Origin: a virus
Taxonomy: Duplodnaviria; Caudoviricetes
IMG/VR virus record: IMGVR_UViG_2595698396_000001
Span: 1-64,000 of that record
Direction: 5' to 3' (one strand)
DNA: 64,000 bases
Shown here: piece by piece, positions 38,534-51,200 of the stretch
Layout of the letters: each line of letters opens with the position of its first letter
Position numbering within the stretch: the first letter of the stretch is position 1
Position numbers and translations under genes: made by a program
Notes under the pieces: model-generated
The model's database searches: none
What the model was told of the DNA's origin: nothing
The model's input: only the letters and a program-made list of their open reading frames with translations

Positions 38534-38821
38534 ATGAAAATAACAATTAGAGATTATCACATAGCTTCAGGCTGGATTGAGGATGAAAATCCTAAATTTG
38601 AACTAATAGAAGAAATTATTAATAGTGCTGAAGAATCAGACGGAGGTAGAGATTTAGATATTGTATTAAGACATACTGAATCAAGTAAATTTTATGGATT
38701 CAATTCTACAGATTGGGAGATAAACTGGGAACATGTCGGAGAAGGAGAACTTGATAATGAAATACCATATGTTAATGAAGTTTTTCAAAAAACTAAAACT
38801 ATAATTGTATATGAGCAGTAA
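38534..38821 (+). CDS. acidic hypothetical protein
   Basis: 95-aa ORF. Confidence 0.65.
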   Translation: MKITIRDYHIASGWIEDENPKFELIEEIINSAEESDGGRDLDIVLRHTESSKFYGFNSTDWEINWEHVGEGELDNEIPYVNEVFQKTKTIIVYEQ

Positions 38822-39218
38822 TTTTAAACCAGATATAATTATAGCTATTGATTTTGATGGTACTATATGTGAAGCATCTTTTCCTGAAGTAGGTAAAGAA
38901 CGTGAAGATGCTGTATACTACATTAATAAGTTATATAATGAAGGGTATGGTATAATTATTAATACATGTAGATCTCAAAGAGCTGAAGTATTAGCTATGG
39001 ATTTTTTAGATAAGAAAGGTTGTAATTATCATTATTTTAATTGTAATTTTCCTCATTTAATAGAACTTTATGGTAATGATTGCAGAAAGATATCAGCTGA
39101 TGTATATATAGATGATAGATGTCTGTATGAAATCCCATCATGGGAAGAAAAATATAAAATAATTAAAAAGAAATTTCCTAGTTCAGTTAGGGAAACTATC
39201 ACTAAAATACACGAATAA
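38805..39218 (+). CDS. HAD-superfamily phosphatase
   Basis: IAIDFDGT, TCR, RKISADVYIDD. Confidence 0.85.
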   Translation: MYMSSNFKPDIIIAIDFDGTICEASFPEVGKEREDAVYYINKLYNEGYGIIINTCRSQRAEVLAMDFLDKKGCNYHYFNCNFPHLIELYGNDCRKISADVYIDDRCLYEIPSWEEKYKIIKKKFPSSVRETITKIHE

Positions 39219-39773
39219 ATGAAATTATACATTAAAGCGGGAAGACAACCTTCAATACGAAAATTTATAGAAAAATTCTTTGACAACGGTAGAGATGGAG
39301 GAACTACTCAATATATGGGAGTAGCAACATACAGAGATGTTGAATGTACTAAATTACATTGTGCGCAAAATAAATATAGATCATTTGATGATTTATATAG
39401 AGCTGTATCATCAGTATATAAAACTGCAACTCCTGAAAAAGTTTTTTCAGAATTATTACAAGTTAAAAAAGGTCCAAATAATAGACATAGTATACATTTA
39501 TTATACTGCGGAGATATAAAACGACAAACTATGTGTTTTTATATGTCAGGTCATTCATTTGGATTAGCTCGTAATCTTACTGTAGGTGTTAATCAAAAGT
39601 TTAATTATAAAGAACTTTTTAAATCTTTAAATATTAAAAATGATGTAGAGTTTAGATTTTACCAACGAAATGGTAAATTACCAACAGAAGCTGATCTTGA
39701 AGAAATGCGTAAACCTGCTATACCTACAAAGCCAAAAAACCTCTATTGGATACCAGCACCAATCGAAGAATAA
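39219..39773 (+). CDS. hypothetical protein
   Basis: 184-aa ORF. Confidence 0.65.
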   Translation: MKLYIKAGRQPSIRKFIEKFFDNGRDGGTTQYMGVATYRDVECTKLHCAQNKYRSFDDLYRAVSSVYKTATPEKVFSELLQVKKGPNNRHSIHLLYCGDIKRQTMCFYMSGHSFGLARNLTVGVNQKFNYKELFKSLNIKNDVEFRFYQRNGKLPTEADLEEMRKPAIPTKPKNLYWIPAPIEE

Positions 39774-39790
39774 TTTTAAAACTAACTATC

Positions 39791-40072
39791 ATGGACAAAT
39801 TTATTAAAGACTTAAACAACTATAACGGTACTAAAAAAACTTTACTTAAAGCTTCTGAAGAATTTCAAGAACTTTCCTTAATTATTACTCAACGAATTAA
39901 TAAACCTTCTAGAGTTCCAGATTCAAAAATAATTGAAGAAATTGGAGATTGTGAAATTAGATTAGCTTGTTTAAAAGCTAAATTTAGTACTAAAGCTATT
40001 AACGATAGAGTAGCTACTAAAAAATCTAAATTACAAGGTATGATGGATTCTAAACGATATAAAACTATATAA
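39791..40072 (+). CDS. MazG-like protein
   Basis: EEFQEL...IIEEIGD. Confidence 0.6.
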   Translation: MDKFIKDLNNYNGTKKTLLKASEEFQELSLIITQRINKPSRVPDSKIIEEIGDCEIRLACLKAKFSTKAINDRVATKKSKLQGMMDSKRYKTI

Positions 40073-40581
40073 TGTCAGGTACTGTAAGATATATATCAGA
40101 CCCTCATAAAGGTCATGAAAACATGGCTAAACGAAGAGGTTTTCCAGATGCGTATCATCAAGATGAAAATTTTATAGCTCAATGGAATTTGGTAGTAAAT
40201 AAAAAAGATACTACTTGGATTTTAGGTGATTTGACCATGCATAAAAATGATTATGCGTGGTTAGATCGTTTAAATGGTTATAAAAGAGTTATATTAGGTA
40301 ATCATGATGAAGGTAAACAAGAACATATTAAAACACTTTTAAACCATGTTAATAGTATACATGCTGTAGTAAAAGTTAAAACTAAACAACATGGCTCATT
40401 TTGGTTAAGTCATGTACCAATTCACCCTAGTGAGTTAGAGTATAGAGCTGATCGAAATATACATGGTCATGTGCATGAAAACAGTTTAGATGATAAACGT
40501 TATATCAATGTATGTGCTGAAATAATAGACTTTCCTAGAACCATAGAAGAATTAATTAAAATCAATAAACTTAAAGTATGA
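40072..40581 (+). CDS. calcineurin-like metallophosphoesterase
   Basis: SDPH.GH, LGD, GNHD, SHVP, HGHVH. Confidence 0.9.
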   Translation: MSGTVRYISDPHKGHENMAKRRGFPDAYHQDENFIAQWNLVVNKKDTTWILGDLTMHKNDYAWLDRLNGYKRVILGNHDEGKQEHIKTLLNHVNSIHAVVKVKTKQHGSFWLSHVPIHPSELEYRADRNIHGHVHENSLDDKRYINVCAEIIDFPRTIEELIKINKLKV

Positions 40582-40937
40582 AATATTATATATTAAAAAC
40601 TGAAACTTTATATTACGATGGTCACGGAGAAGGTGAAGATGGTGGTATAACATTAGAAGTTGTGTCTGAAACTGAAATTCGAGAAGATTTTGGAAATGAT
40701 ACTATAGCTGCTAATACAATGTTAGAAATTATAAATAAATCTAATGGTCAACCTATTATATTAGATCATGAAGATGAATTAGTACTTCTTGAAGACTATG
40801 ATGATTCTGAAGATTATCCTGAAGATGGTTATAACTATACTAATGAAATATTCACCTATAGTGAAATAGAAGAAAATGAATATAAAAAGTACTCGAAAAT
40901 TATCAAAGAATATAACGATTTATTAAAACGTTATTAA
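40578..40937 (+). CDS. acidic hypothetical protein
   Basis: 119-aa ORF with ATGA overlap. Confidence 0.65.
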   Translation: MKYYILKTETLYYDGHGEGEDGGITLEVVSETEIREDFGNDTIAANTMLEIINKSNGQPIILDHEDELVLLEDYDDSEDYPEDGYNYTNEIFTYSEIEENEYKKYSKIIKEYNDLLKRY

Positions 40938-40940
40938 AAC

Positions 40941-40978
40941 AAAAAACCCATCTGCAATTAAGTAGATGGGTTTTTTTT
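40941..40978. terminator. bidirectional intrinsic terminator at the convergence of the two gene blocks
   Basis: AAAAAACCCATCT-loop-AGATGGGTTTTTTTT. Confidence 0.85.
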
Positions 40979-40996
40979 ATACTTTTCGAATTGTAG

Positions 40997-43900
40997 TTAG
41001 TAATCCAACAAATTCTGTAAATAATTAAATGATGTTTCAGCTGAACGCTCAGATTGAGATATAACTGGTATAAGTTTCTTAGTTTTAATCCAAGCTTTGT
41101 ATTTACCTTTTCTATCACCTGTCTTATATTCTTCTGATATATTCCAAGGTAATACTTGACTAAATAAATTAGCAGTTTTTTCAAGTGTAGATAATGCTAC
41201 GAATGGTGTTCTAAAAATCTTAAGAGTATCAGTAGGACTATAGTATTGCATTAATTCAGATTCTTGACGTCTAAATACGTAAGCCATTGTAAACAAGAAG
41301 CTTCTTAATTCCTCATCGTCTTCATCCTTAGCTGCTCCAGCTATTAACATACTACTTACTAACATTAAACCTGTCAATGCTAATTCTCTAATGGTCTTAT
41401 GTATATTACCTTTTTCATAATCAGTGAGGTTATTCCAATCAGAAGTCATTATTTCTAACTTCATTTCTTTAATACCTGCTAAAATACTATTTCTAAAAAA
41501 TCTAACAGCTGTAGTATAAATACCTTCTTCAAACTGCCTAGTTTCTAATGAATAATATTCTTGATTATCATTAAGTTTATCAGAAGCTATTTTAGTATGA
41601 ACCATACCTCTGTAACGCTTATAGAAACCAGGTAATAGATATTTTCTAAACATGGTGATAGCTTTACCATACCAGTAACGTTGTAAAGTAGCTTGTATTT
41701 TACTATCATACTGACCGTGTAAATCTATTACTTTCTTACGGACTAAATTTTGTATTTGAACTAAACCATTTTCAGATAATTTTTGATCAGGATTAAATGA
41801 ACTAGTAGTTACTTTAGGGTGAAATGTAACCATCCCATCTTTAATAACTATAGCTTCATACAAATTCATACCAGCTTTTTCATCTGTAGTAGTATTACCA
41901 TTGATATCTACATAATTACCATTACTATCCATAGCTTTAATACTAGAAAATACTGATAGTAATAATGTACCCTGAATATAATGTTCACCTATACTGTTAA
42001 AAGCATGTAATGAACCACTATTAAATAAAGCTTTAAATTTGTTATTCTTTTCAAAATCATGTTTCTTCATGCTAAATTCAGTCATTACATCTAAGTAATC
42101 AATAACTAAATTTAATTTATTACTGTTAATAGGAGAACCTATATCATTAAGACCTCCATTTGCAGTCATTTCATTCCAATACTTAGCTTCTGCCCATGCT
42201 ACATCTTTAGATGAATATGTAGAACCTCCAACGCCTTCAATAAAGTTTTGAAATTTACCTTGAAAAACGTTAGGTATTGCAGATAAATAATTGACAGCTA
42301 AGTTTAAGTGAGCTGTATAGCCCATTAAGCTCTTTGCTATCACTGTTAAATTATCTTTCGATACTTTGTTATTAGAAGCATCTAAAATGTTATATACACG
42401 ATTTTCTATTACGTTCTTTAACTTCTTATATAAATTAGAATCAATACCTTTAATTCTAATATGATCTGGATTAGACATATCTCTTGAAAATGCACTAACC
42501 ATAAATTTTCTACTTACAGATTGAGTTTTTAATACATTAGCTTGACCTACTATATCTAAAAGTAATTGACTTTCAGCTTCTAAAGAATGTTTACCTCTAA
42601 ATTCTTCTGACATAACTGAATTCATTAATACTAATGTAGGTATATCTAAAGATTGTGTGTTAGGAGATATTCTATTTCTAAAATGAATAGGTACTAAGAA
42701 ACGTTCCTCATTATTAACTGTAGTCAAAGCTTTAACGAATTCATCACTAGAAGGTTTTTCAACTTCTTCTAATTCACCCATTGTAGTAGTATCTTGAGTA
42801 GGTTTGTAAAAATCAGCAATCTTATCTTTAGCTATACCTGCAAGATCACCTGACATCATCCTATCTAAATCAGATTTTCTAATAGATGGAAGCTTGATAA
42901 ATTCAGCACCCATATAATTTATAATCAATGATTTATGACCTTGAGTTTTTATATCAGACTCTTTTATTTGGTCTGTAACAAATGTATGATACTCTAAATC
43001 TTTACCTGATAAAGCTTTATAATTTTTATCTAACCATTTATCAGTAGGTCTTATGTTGAAACCATCTTCGTCAGTAATAGTATTATCTGTAGTCCATTTT
43101 TGAAGTTTAGCTTGCGCAGCTTTATATTCTTTACTTTGTTTACCATACTCATCAAATGCTGCATCCCTAGCTTCAGACAAAGCTTTACGTTCTGTCATAA
43201 ACTTAGGATTGTATTTAGATGCAAAGTAATGATTTCCGTTACCATCCTGTGTTAATATTTTTTTATACTTTTCAGAATTGTTAGCACCTTTAGGATCATA
43301 AGCTTTAAGTGCATCAAAACTACGCTTTCTAATAGAAAGAGCATGTTGTCTTATTGCTAACTCTTCTTTATCGATAGTAAAAGAAAATAACTTAAGTAAT
43401 AAGTTGTTCATATTCTTTTCAGAAGTTAACATTGTTTCCATGTTCTGTAAATCTAATGGAATTGTATCCATTAACTTTCTAACTTCTTCGTTTTGTTGTA
43501 ATGTAAGAGCATCTATTTCAAGATCTAATTTATCATTAATCCACTTTCTACGAACACTTTTATCAACTTTACCTGGATTAATATTTTTATACTCACGTTC
43601 TAATTCTTGACGTCTTTTATCAATAGGTCTAGTATTAAAAGGAGCTAATCTTTGAGTTAAGATTTCTTTAGATTCATTTAAATGCTTGTTATTAAAACTT
43701 TCATAACTTTGTTTAGCACTAGTAAGTTCAGTTAATAATCTTTCATACTCGGTTTTTTCTATTAAATTATTAGTAAATTGATTTTCTAATACATTTTTAA
43801 TATCATCAAGTGAATTATATATAGCTAAATATGCTTTAGAACGATATAAATAATCTGAATTAACAGTTCCTTTATTCAATCTAATTTTTAAAGAGTGATT

Positions 43901-45262
43901 TAATTTATTAAGTTCACTATCTGCAAACTGAATGAATTTATATATAGCTTCATTAGCTGATTTATCTGCAAATTCTACAATTAAATCTCTAACATTTTCA
44001 AAACGTTTACTATTTTCATCATCTTTACCTCTAACTGCTGCACTTTTAGAAGATACACTATCTATATCAGATAGTACTTTCTTAAGTATAGCGTCCATAC
44101 TAGTAAGTTCTTTAGTAAACTTCTCACTATATTTAGGAGTTTCAACTTTTTTCTGTAAAACAAAATTAGTTTTCAAAGGACTGTTTAAATCTTCCTTAGT
44201 TTGAACGAATTCCATTACAGATTCTACAATTTCAGTGGAGTTTTTAGTTCCTGAAATACCTACTAAACGTTTAATGAATTCCCAAATCTGGTTCAACATT
44301 GAACCTTTATTATTTAAAGATAAAGAATCTATGTGGTTTCTAAATACAGGATTTGAAATTACTTCTGATATAAACTCATGTACATTAGTAAAACCATAAT
44401 GACTATCTTGTGAATCACTTCTAGTCTTATAATACTCATATAGTTCAGTCATTTCATCTCTAAACTGTCTCTGAGAGTCATTCTTAGGGTTCTCAATAGA
44501 CGATACAGTGAAATCATGCATTATCTCATGAAGTATTAATTCAAAGGTCGCATACTCGTTTAAAAAGCCTAATCTATTTCTGTCTAATTGTATAGTTCTA
44601 GTTAAAGAATCATATTGACCTACAGTATCTGACCCTAAATTTTGAGTAAATTTAACTTTAGCTCTAGATGTTAATAAAGATTTAACTAAAGTCCTAGTAG
44701 TTTCATTTAAATCTAAGTTAGCTAAAGCATTACGTAATATTTGATTAGAAGTAGTATTAGTTAAATTACCTCCAAATAACTCATCTCTAATTTTACCTAA
44801 ATTACTATTTAAATCTTCTTGACTATTAAGTTCACCTATTGAATCCTTAGCTACTGAACTAGGTTTGTTATATAAATAGTTATAATCTTCTTCTGATCCA
44901 GTTTTATTACCATTCTGTTCAATCAACCTAGATTCATAAGTTGTATAACTATCAGTAGAAGTTGTTTCACCTTTATCAACTAATAATTCTAATTCTTCAA
45001 ATAAATCCTCATTAGGTACAGCTCTATATACAGTTTTAATGTTATCTCTACTGTATGAGCTATTGAATGGTAATTTAATTTCACGTTTACTAATCTCAAA
45101 TAAGTTTCTATCTGAGATTAGTCCGTATTTATTTATTGCTGTATCAGTATACAGTTCATTTAATCTGTCAAAGTTTTTAAGATCTAATATTTCCATCTTA
45201 TCAGATAAAACACCATCTTCTTTTAGCTTGTTAACAGCTTTTGTTTGTAATTTACAACTCAT
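40997..45262 (-). CDS. large virion/ejection protein with zincin-like protease domain
   Basis: 1421 aa, next to the RNAP gene; GQYD...LHEIMH...NVHEFISE. Confidence 0.8.
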   Translation of the reverse strand: MSCKLQTKAVNKLKEDGVLSDKMEILDLKNFDRLNELYTDTAINKYGLISDRNLFEISKREIKLPFNSSYSRDNIKTVYRAVPNEDLFEELELLVDKGETTSTDSYTTYESRLIEQNGNKTGSEEDYNYLYNKPSSVAKDSIGELNSQEDLNSNLGKIRDELFGGNLTNTTSNQILRNALANLDLNETTRTLVKSLLTSRAKVKFTQNLGSDTVGQYDSLTRTIQLDRNRLGFLNEYATFELILHEIMHDFTVSSIENPKNDSQRQFRDEMTELYEYYKTRSDSQDSHYGFTNVHEFISEVISNPVFRNHIDSLSLNNKGSMLNQIWEFIKRLVGISGTKNSTEIVESVMEFVQTKEDLNSPLKTNFVLQKKVETPKYSEKFTKELTSMDAILKKVLSDIDSVSSKSAAVRGKDDENSKRFENVRDLIVEFADKSANEAIYKFIQFADSELNKLNHSLKIRLNKGTVNSDYLYRSKAYLAIYNSLDDIKNVLENQFTNNLIEKTEYERLLTELTSAKQSYESFNNKHLNESKEILTQRLAPFNTRPIDKRRQELEREYKNINPGKVDKSVRRKWINDKLDLEIDALTLQQNEEVRKLMDTIPLDLQNMETMLTSEKNMNNLLLKLFSFTIDKEELAIRQHALSIRKRSFDALKAYDPKGANNSEKYKKILTQDGNGNHYFASKYNPKFMTERKALSEARDAAFDEYGKQSKEYKAAQAKLQKWTTDNTITDEDGFNIRPTDKWLDKNYKALSGKDLEYHTFVTDQIKESDIKTQGHKSLIINYMGAEFIKLPSIRKSDLDRMMSGDLAGIAKDKIADFYKPTQDTTTMGELEEVEKPSSDEFVKALTTVNNEERFLVPIHFRNRISPNTQSLDIPTLVLMNSVMSEEFRGKHSLEAESQLLLDIVGQANVLKTQSVSRKFMVSAFSRDMSNPDHIRIKGIDSNLYKKLKNVIENRVYNILDASNNKVSKDNLTVIAKSLMGYTAHLNLAVNYLSAIPNVFQGKFQNFIEGVGGSTYSSKDVAWAEAKYWNEMTANGGLNDIGSPINSNKLNLVIDYLDVMTEFSMKKHDFEKNNKFKALFNSGSLHAFNSIGEHYIQGTLLLSVFSSIKAMDSNGNYVDINGNTTTDEKAGMNLYEAIVIKDGMVTFHPKVTTSSFNPDQKLSENGLVQIQNLVRKKVIDLHGQYDSKIQATLQRYWYGKAITMFRKYLLPGFYKRYRGMVHTKIASDKLNDNQEYYSLETRQFEEGIYTTAVRFFRNSILAGIKEMKLEIMTSDWNNLTDYEKGNIHKTIRELALTGLMLVSSMLIAGAAKDEDDEELRSFLFTMAYVFRRQESELMQYYSPTDTLKIFRTPFVALSTLEKTANLFSQVLPWNISEEYKTGDRKGKYKAWIKTKKLIPVISQSERSAETSFNYLQNLLDY

Positions 45263-45264
45263 AA

Positions 45265-48200
45265 TTATTTACATTCTTGTTTTGTAATATCATTTTCATC
45301 CGAAGATACAACATTATTTTGAGAAAACAAAATATTTTCTAAACTATTTTGTTCTAATATTTTATCAGCAGGGTTATCTACAGTTCTACTATCAGCTGAT
45401 ATATAACCATTTGCAAGCGTAATGTTTTCATTAACCCATTGATTAGTATAAACTAATTCTTGCTTAGTTAATTCACCTGTAAAGTTTCCACCAGTTCTAG
45501 TTCCAAACTTATATTCCTTAATACTTAAGAAAGATTTAGGATCTTCAAAACCTAATTTATTAGTTCTAACATAAACACCTGATTTTTCTCGGTAAGCTTT
45601 AAGTCTATATAAATCACTACCTACTTTAACATAATTAGGTAATACCTCTTCTTTAGTTTCAGTTGCACCTAATATATAACGTTTAGTTTTATCATTAATA
45701 GGTAATTCAAATACATGTTTAGATTTAATACCTTTAATAGATTTAATTACACTTTGTGATACTTTAGGAGCTAATATGTTACTGTCAGAGTTATTCTTAA
45801 TGAACTGCTCTTCAAATGACCTAAGGCTTTCAGAACTGTCTTTTAAACCTGTATTTTTACTTTCAATAAAGCTTCTAATATCATTTTCTAAAAACCACTG
45901 ATAAGGGATATATTCTTTAATATCAATCAACTTGTTTTCAAATCCATTCATTAAGAAAGATGATATAAACATTTTATTAGCTAATTCTGGATTTTCCATC
46001 ATTAAATCATAAGCTGATCTATATAATCTATCTTGAAAGTCTACTGATTTATTTTTATTAGTGATACCAAATGAATTTTCATACACAGTCATGTTTTCAA
46101 TAAAGAAATTACTACTGTCATATTGTTTGTCTTCAGTCTTATAATTAACTAAATCGAAGATAGTATCTTTAATATAAGCCATTGGATCACCTACTTTAAA
46201 AGGTGCGAAATCAGCCATTATATATTTATAAACTTCTTTGTAAAACAATTTACCAACATCTTCATTAGTTAATAAACCTCTACTACCACCTCTACTATCA
46301 ACTAAATTATTAGATATAGAGTTAACAAGATCTTGTATAGGCTTAGAACCTAATAAGAATAATGAAGGGTTGTTATTAAGAATATCATCTGTAAATAATA
46401 AAGTATTTTTAACCTGAGTCCCTAAAGACGTAATCTTACCATTATTATGATACTTCTTAAAATGATTCATCATAGAACCTTTCTGTTGGGTTTGTTCACT
46501 AACATATAAGTTTTTAATCTTATTCTTAAGTATTATTAAGTCTAAAATATTTTTACCTGAACCATTAGTATCAAATCTAGATAACTGCACAGATTCATTC
46601 AAACGTTTAGCTTGTTCTTGAAATCCTTTAAAAGTTTTTAACACATCTAAATCTATACCATGTACTCCAACTTCTATAGATTCTTGTAAAGTATCCAAAC
46701 TGAAAGCTCTAGATTCAGCATCTTTATATGATTCTTGGTTAATAGTTTCATATTTTTCAACTATAATATCAAAAGAACTTTTACCTACATCTTCTTTAGG
46801 TATGATTTTAGATTCATAACGTTGTGTGAAATCAGCTAATTCTCTTAATACAGGTTGCCCTATGAATGATATAATCCAATCTGGATGTACACCAGCTCTT
46901 ATTAACATGAATGCTACAGATGATGTATATGTATTAAAGTTACCATCATTAATATATGGATCTTTAGCATTATCTACGAATGCGTTAAGAAATGCAGATA
47001 TAGTATCTTTAATTTTAAATCTAGTACCATTTAATTCTTCTGAATATTCTTTGTCAAATACAGTATTACCATTTTGAGTATGTCCTACACCTAAGTTGTA
47101 TTGATTAAATTGCATATCAATACCTTTACTACGGTTATGATCCACAAGCATGTTAGCTGTAATACCTACACCAGACTTACCTCCTGCATATGTAAACTTA
47201 AGTTTTAATTGATACAAAGGGTCATGAAACTTAAGGTTTTCACCTGTTTGTTTACTGTTATCACCAAATACTCTTTTAATTTCATCTTTAACATGAGGGA
47301 AATCAATAGGTGTAATTAAATCACCATATGTCTTTTCATTAGTTAATACTGCCCAATACAAATCAAACAATCTATTTTGTAATTGCTCAGATTTGTTTTT
47401 ATGCAATTCTTCACTATAACCTAAGAAATCAATTTTATTTACGGCATCTATATTATGCTGTTTGACAAAATCATTGTGGTATTCTAATTCAGAATTACTG
47501 TTTAATATATGATTTTTAATAAAAGCTTCTGTAATTGCACTTTCTGTAACTTCTTCACCATTAGCTATGTCATCTATATTAAAACCATGATCTTCTAACT
47601 CGTCATACATTTCTTCTACAGTAATTTCATTTTGAGCTATATAATCTTTAGCTAATTTGAAACTCTTCTTAGTATGTTCAACTTTGAAGTTAGGTAGCAT
47701 TACATACATTTTATCAATATCAAAATCCGAACCAGTCTTAGTAGGAATTTCAGTATACGCTACAATAGTATCACCCATTGCTTCTGGTAAAATACCAACA
47801 ATTTGCAATGGATCATTTGATGATTGACCTTGATTAGGAATTCTATATCCAATAGCTCTTAATGCTTTAGGATCAATCATAGAACTTAACGTTTTAGAAT
47901 CCATTTTAGCATAATCAGGTACTAATTTAGCTATTTGAACATGAGACATGAATATCTGACCTGGTCTAATATAATTCTTACCATCAGCATCTTTTTCAAT
48001 AACTGGCGGTTTTAAATCAGAAGGTTCAACTAACCAAGTAATACCTTTAGCATCAGCAGTTTGTTTATCTAAACCGAAATTAGATAATTGTATAAATGAT
48101 CCACCGTTAGTTTTAAGCTTAACTGCGGCACTATTAATCTTAGAGAATACAATATTATATAACTTATCCTTAATACCAGGCATAGCCTCTATAGGTAAGT

Positions 48201-51200
48201 TCTTCTGTATGGATTTTAGTAAGTTAATAGCTGAACCTTTATCAAGCATCTCACGCTCTAGCATATCATAAAGCTTACGCTTATCTATCTTACCTTCAGA
48301 ATCTTTACCTAATTCACTAGATAAACCTGCTATTGATAAATTAGACATTGCACTAACTGTATCATTAATAGCTTGAAACATACCTGAACCATTAAAAGCT
48401 TCATTTTCTATAGTATATGTAGCTTCATCAGTTAAAGAACTATAAATGTTCTTCTGAATTTGGCTACCTAATAATGTAGGTTTAATAGTTTTAACTGGTA
48501 AATCTTGTTGTAATTTCCAATCAGCATTAGATAATGTAAGTGGATTTAATGATATAGATTTTAATATATCACCATTTTCATCAGTTACAATATTAGGAGT
48601 TGTAGCACCTACTTTAACACCATCTAGTACAATAGATTCTCCAATATCTTGCTTATTCATAGCATCAGCTAAAGACTGAAGTTGTGTGCCTGCTACTAAT
48701 TGAGGTAACAATACAGCTTGTGAATACTTTAAATAAGTAGGAGTATTGTTAACTAGTCCAAAGTATACACCTTTCAAAGGTTGAGCAGCTAACTTCATCT
48801 CTGAAGCATCTAAGCTTTCACTTTTTAAAATTTTATTGTATACAGATTGATACTTAGAATTCCATTTACCAGTTCTTGAAATTAAGAATGCCCATCTTTT
48901 AGGTGTTATCCATGCCTGAGCATCAGTTTGATTAACATCTTCATAAGCTTCTAATATATATTTCTTTTCAGCTTCAGATAAATCAGATAGTTTAAGTGAT
49001 TCACCGATTTCTTTTAAATAAGCTGATGGTTTAACAATGTTTTCTAATACAGCTACATCAAATAAATGATCATTAGCTTCTAATCCTAATCTAAGATTGG
49101 TACCATTAGTATAAGTAGCTGGAACCCTTTTAAAGAAATCCACCATGTTCTTATAGTTTGCAGGATCACCTGTGAATAACTTAGTATATTCAATACTAGC
49201 TAGTATAGAGTTAAGTGTAAAATCAGATACTACATGTGATATATCAAACTCTGTAAGTTGAATATCATCAGTATATTCTGACATAATACTTTTATCTAAA
49301 CCATGGAAATGAAAACCTTTGTTACCATCTTTATTTACAGTATCAATAACTAAACCTTGATCTTTAAAGTATCGAATGTTTTCTTTAATTCTTTGGTTTA
49401 ATACTTTATTAATAGTTTGTTTTATAAGTATTTTTTGTTCATTACTTACAGCTCCTTTAGGATTGATAGGACTACCATCTTCATTATAAAGCTTTAACAT
49501 CTCATTATCATCCTGAGTAATCTGATCAAATGATAATTCAGATAATATATGACCTGATTTAAAAGCATTACCCGCTAGTTTACCATCTTTCATTACATTG
49601 CCTCTAGCATCTGTATGATAGTGTACTACACGCTTACTTTCAGGTAAAGTTTCTAACTCTTGGTAAGCCTCTTTCATCCTATTAACTTCACTAACAAAAT
49701 GATCAGTAAAAGCATTAACTATTTTATCATTAAATATCATAGTACCATTGCTAAAACTTGAAATAGTTTCAGGTATAAAATGATCTATTTTAATTTCATG
49801 TAATGTAGACTTATCACCTGGAGTAACAGTAGAGTAAATTGAAGTACCATTTTTAGTACCACCTCTTAACACCTTGTTTAATTTATCAGCTAACTGATCT
49901 ACAATAGATATACTACCGTTATCATTACCCTCAGCACCTTTGTCTTTTTCTTGTAAACTATTGAATATTGATAACTCTAAACTTTTTAATCTATTTTCAG
50001 AAGCGCTTTCTCTAGCGTTACCTGCTAATACAAAATCACCTGTTACATTCTTTTCTTCACCTAATAAGTGTTTAGCCCATAAAGAAGACTGCCCGTAAGA
50101 TGTATTTAGAAGCTGTCTAAGCACTCCTGGATTATTCTTAAAGGTATTTATCCTATTTGATATATAAGATGGTCTAGCGAAGTTCCAATAAGTTTTACCA
50201 TTACTGAATATAGTACTTTCATTATTGTTCTCAATAAAGTAGTTTTCAGCTTCAGCTAAACTATTAAATATTAAATTAGAATAATTCTTAAAAGGGTTTA
50301 TCTTGTAAGGATTAATCTTATTAGATTGAATATCTTTTAATAAGTTATTTAAGTTAGTTAACTTACCTTGATATTGCTGATACATTATTTTATAGGCATT
50401 ATTTTCAGGTAAATCAAATCTAAATTGTTTTAAGAAAATATCCATAGCTTCAAATGTAATACTATCTACACCTAAATCTTCAAATACTTGCATTAATTCA
50501 ACTACACCTTCTTCAAATACTTCATAAAAATCAGAATCAGATTTATACTTAGGGTTGTTTTCTTTTCTTGTTTTTTCTAATAAGGATGTTACAGTGGATT
50601 GTAAGTCTTTAAGTTTACCTTTATTTAATTTACCACCTGGTAATATCTTATATTTAAAATTAGTATAATACTCAGTTAATTTAGAACTAATAGGATTATT
50701 AGCATTACTAACATTTTGAACTTTGAATGTAGTAAGAGTATTATTTTGATCTTCAGTTTCTAAAGTTTCTATTGTAGTAGTATAGAAGTTAATCTTAGAC
50801 AAATAGAATGCTTGTACAAACTCAGTTTTCTTTTGCTCATCAATAGTATCTAATATTTCTAATAAAGGTTTAAATGACTTTTTAAAATCAGCTAACTCTT
50901 TAATTTTATTATACATACTAGAGAATACATCTAATACTTCACCTTGTACATGTAAAGTGGTTATATCACTAAGTACTTCTAACAATTCTGAATGTATAGA
51001 ATCAAAACTTCTAAACACAGGTTTGTTAAGGTAATCACCTAAAGCAGGTTCACCTGTAAGATTATCTATCTTAGGTAAGAATGATAACATCAACTTAACA
51101 TTAGCTGTAGCGTTATCCTTACTATTCTTTTCAAAAGCTTGAACTAAATCACCACCTTGAAGACCTTCATTAAGACCTTCTTGAGTTACATCTTCTAATT

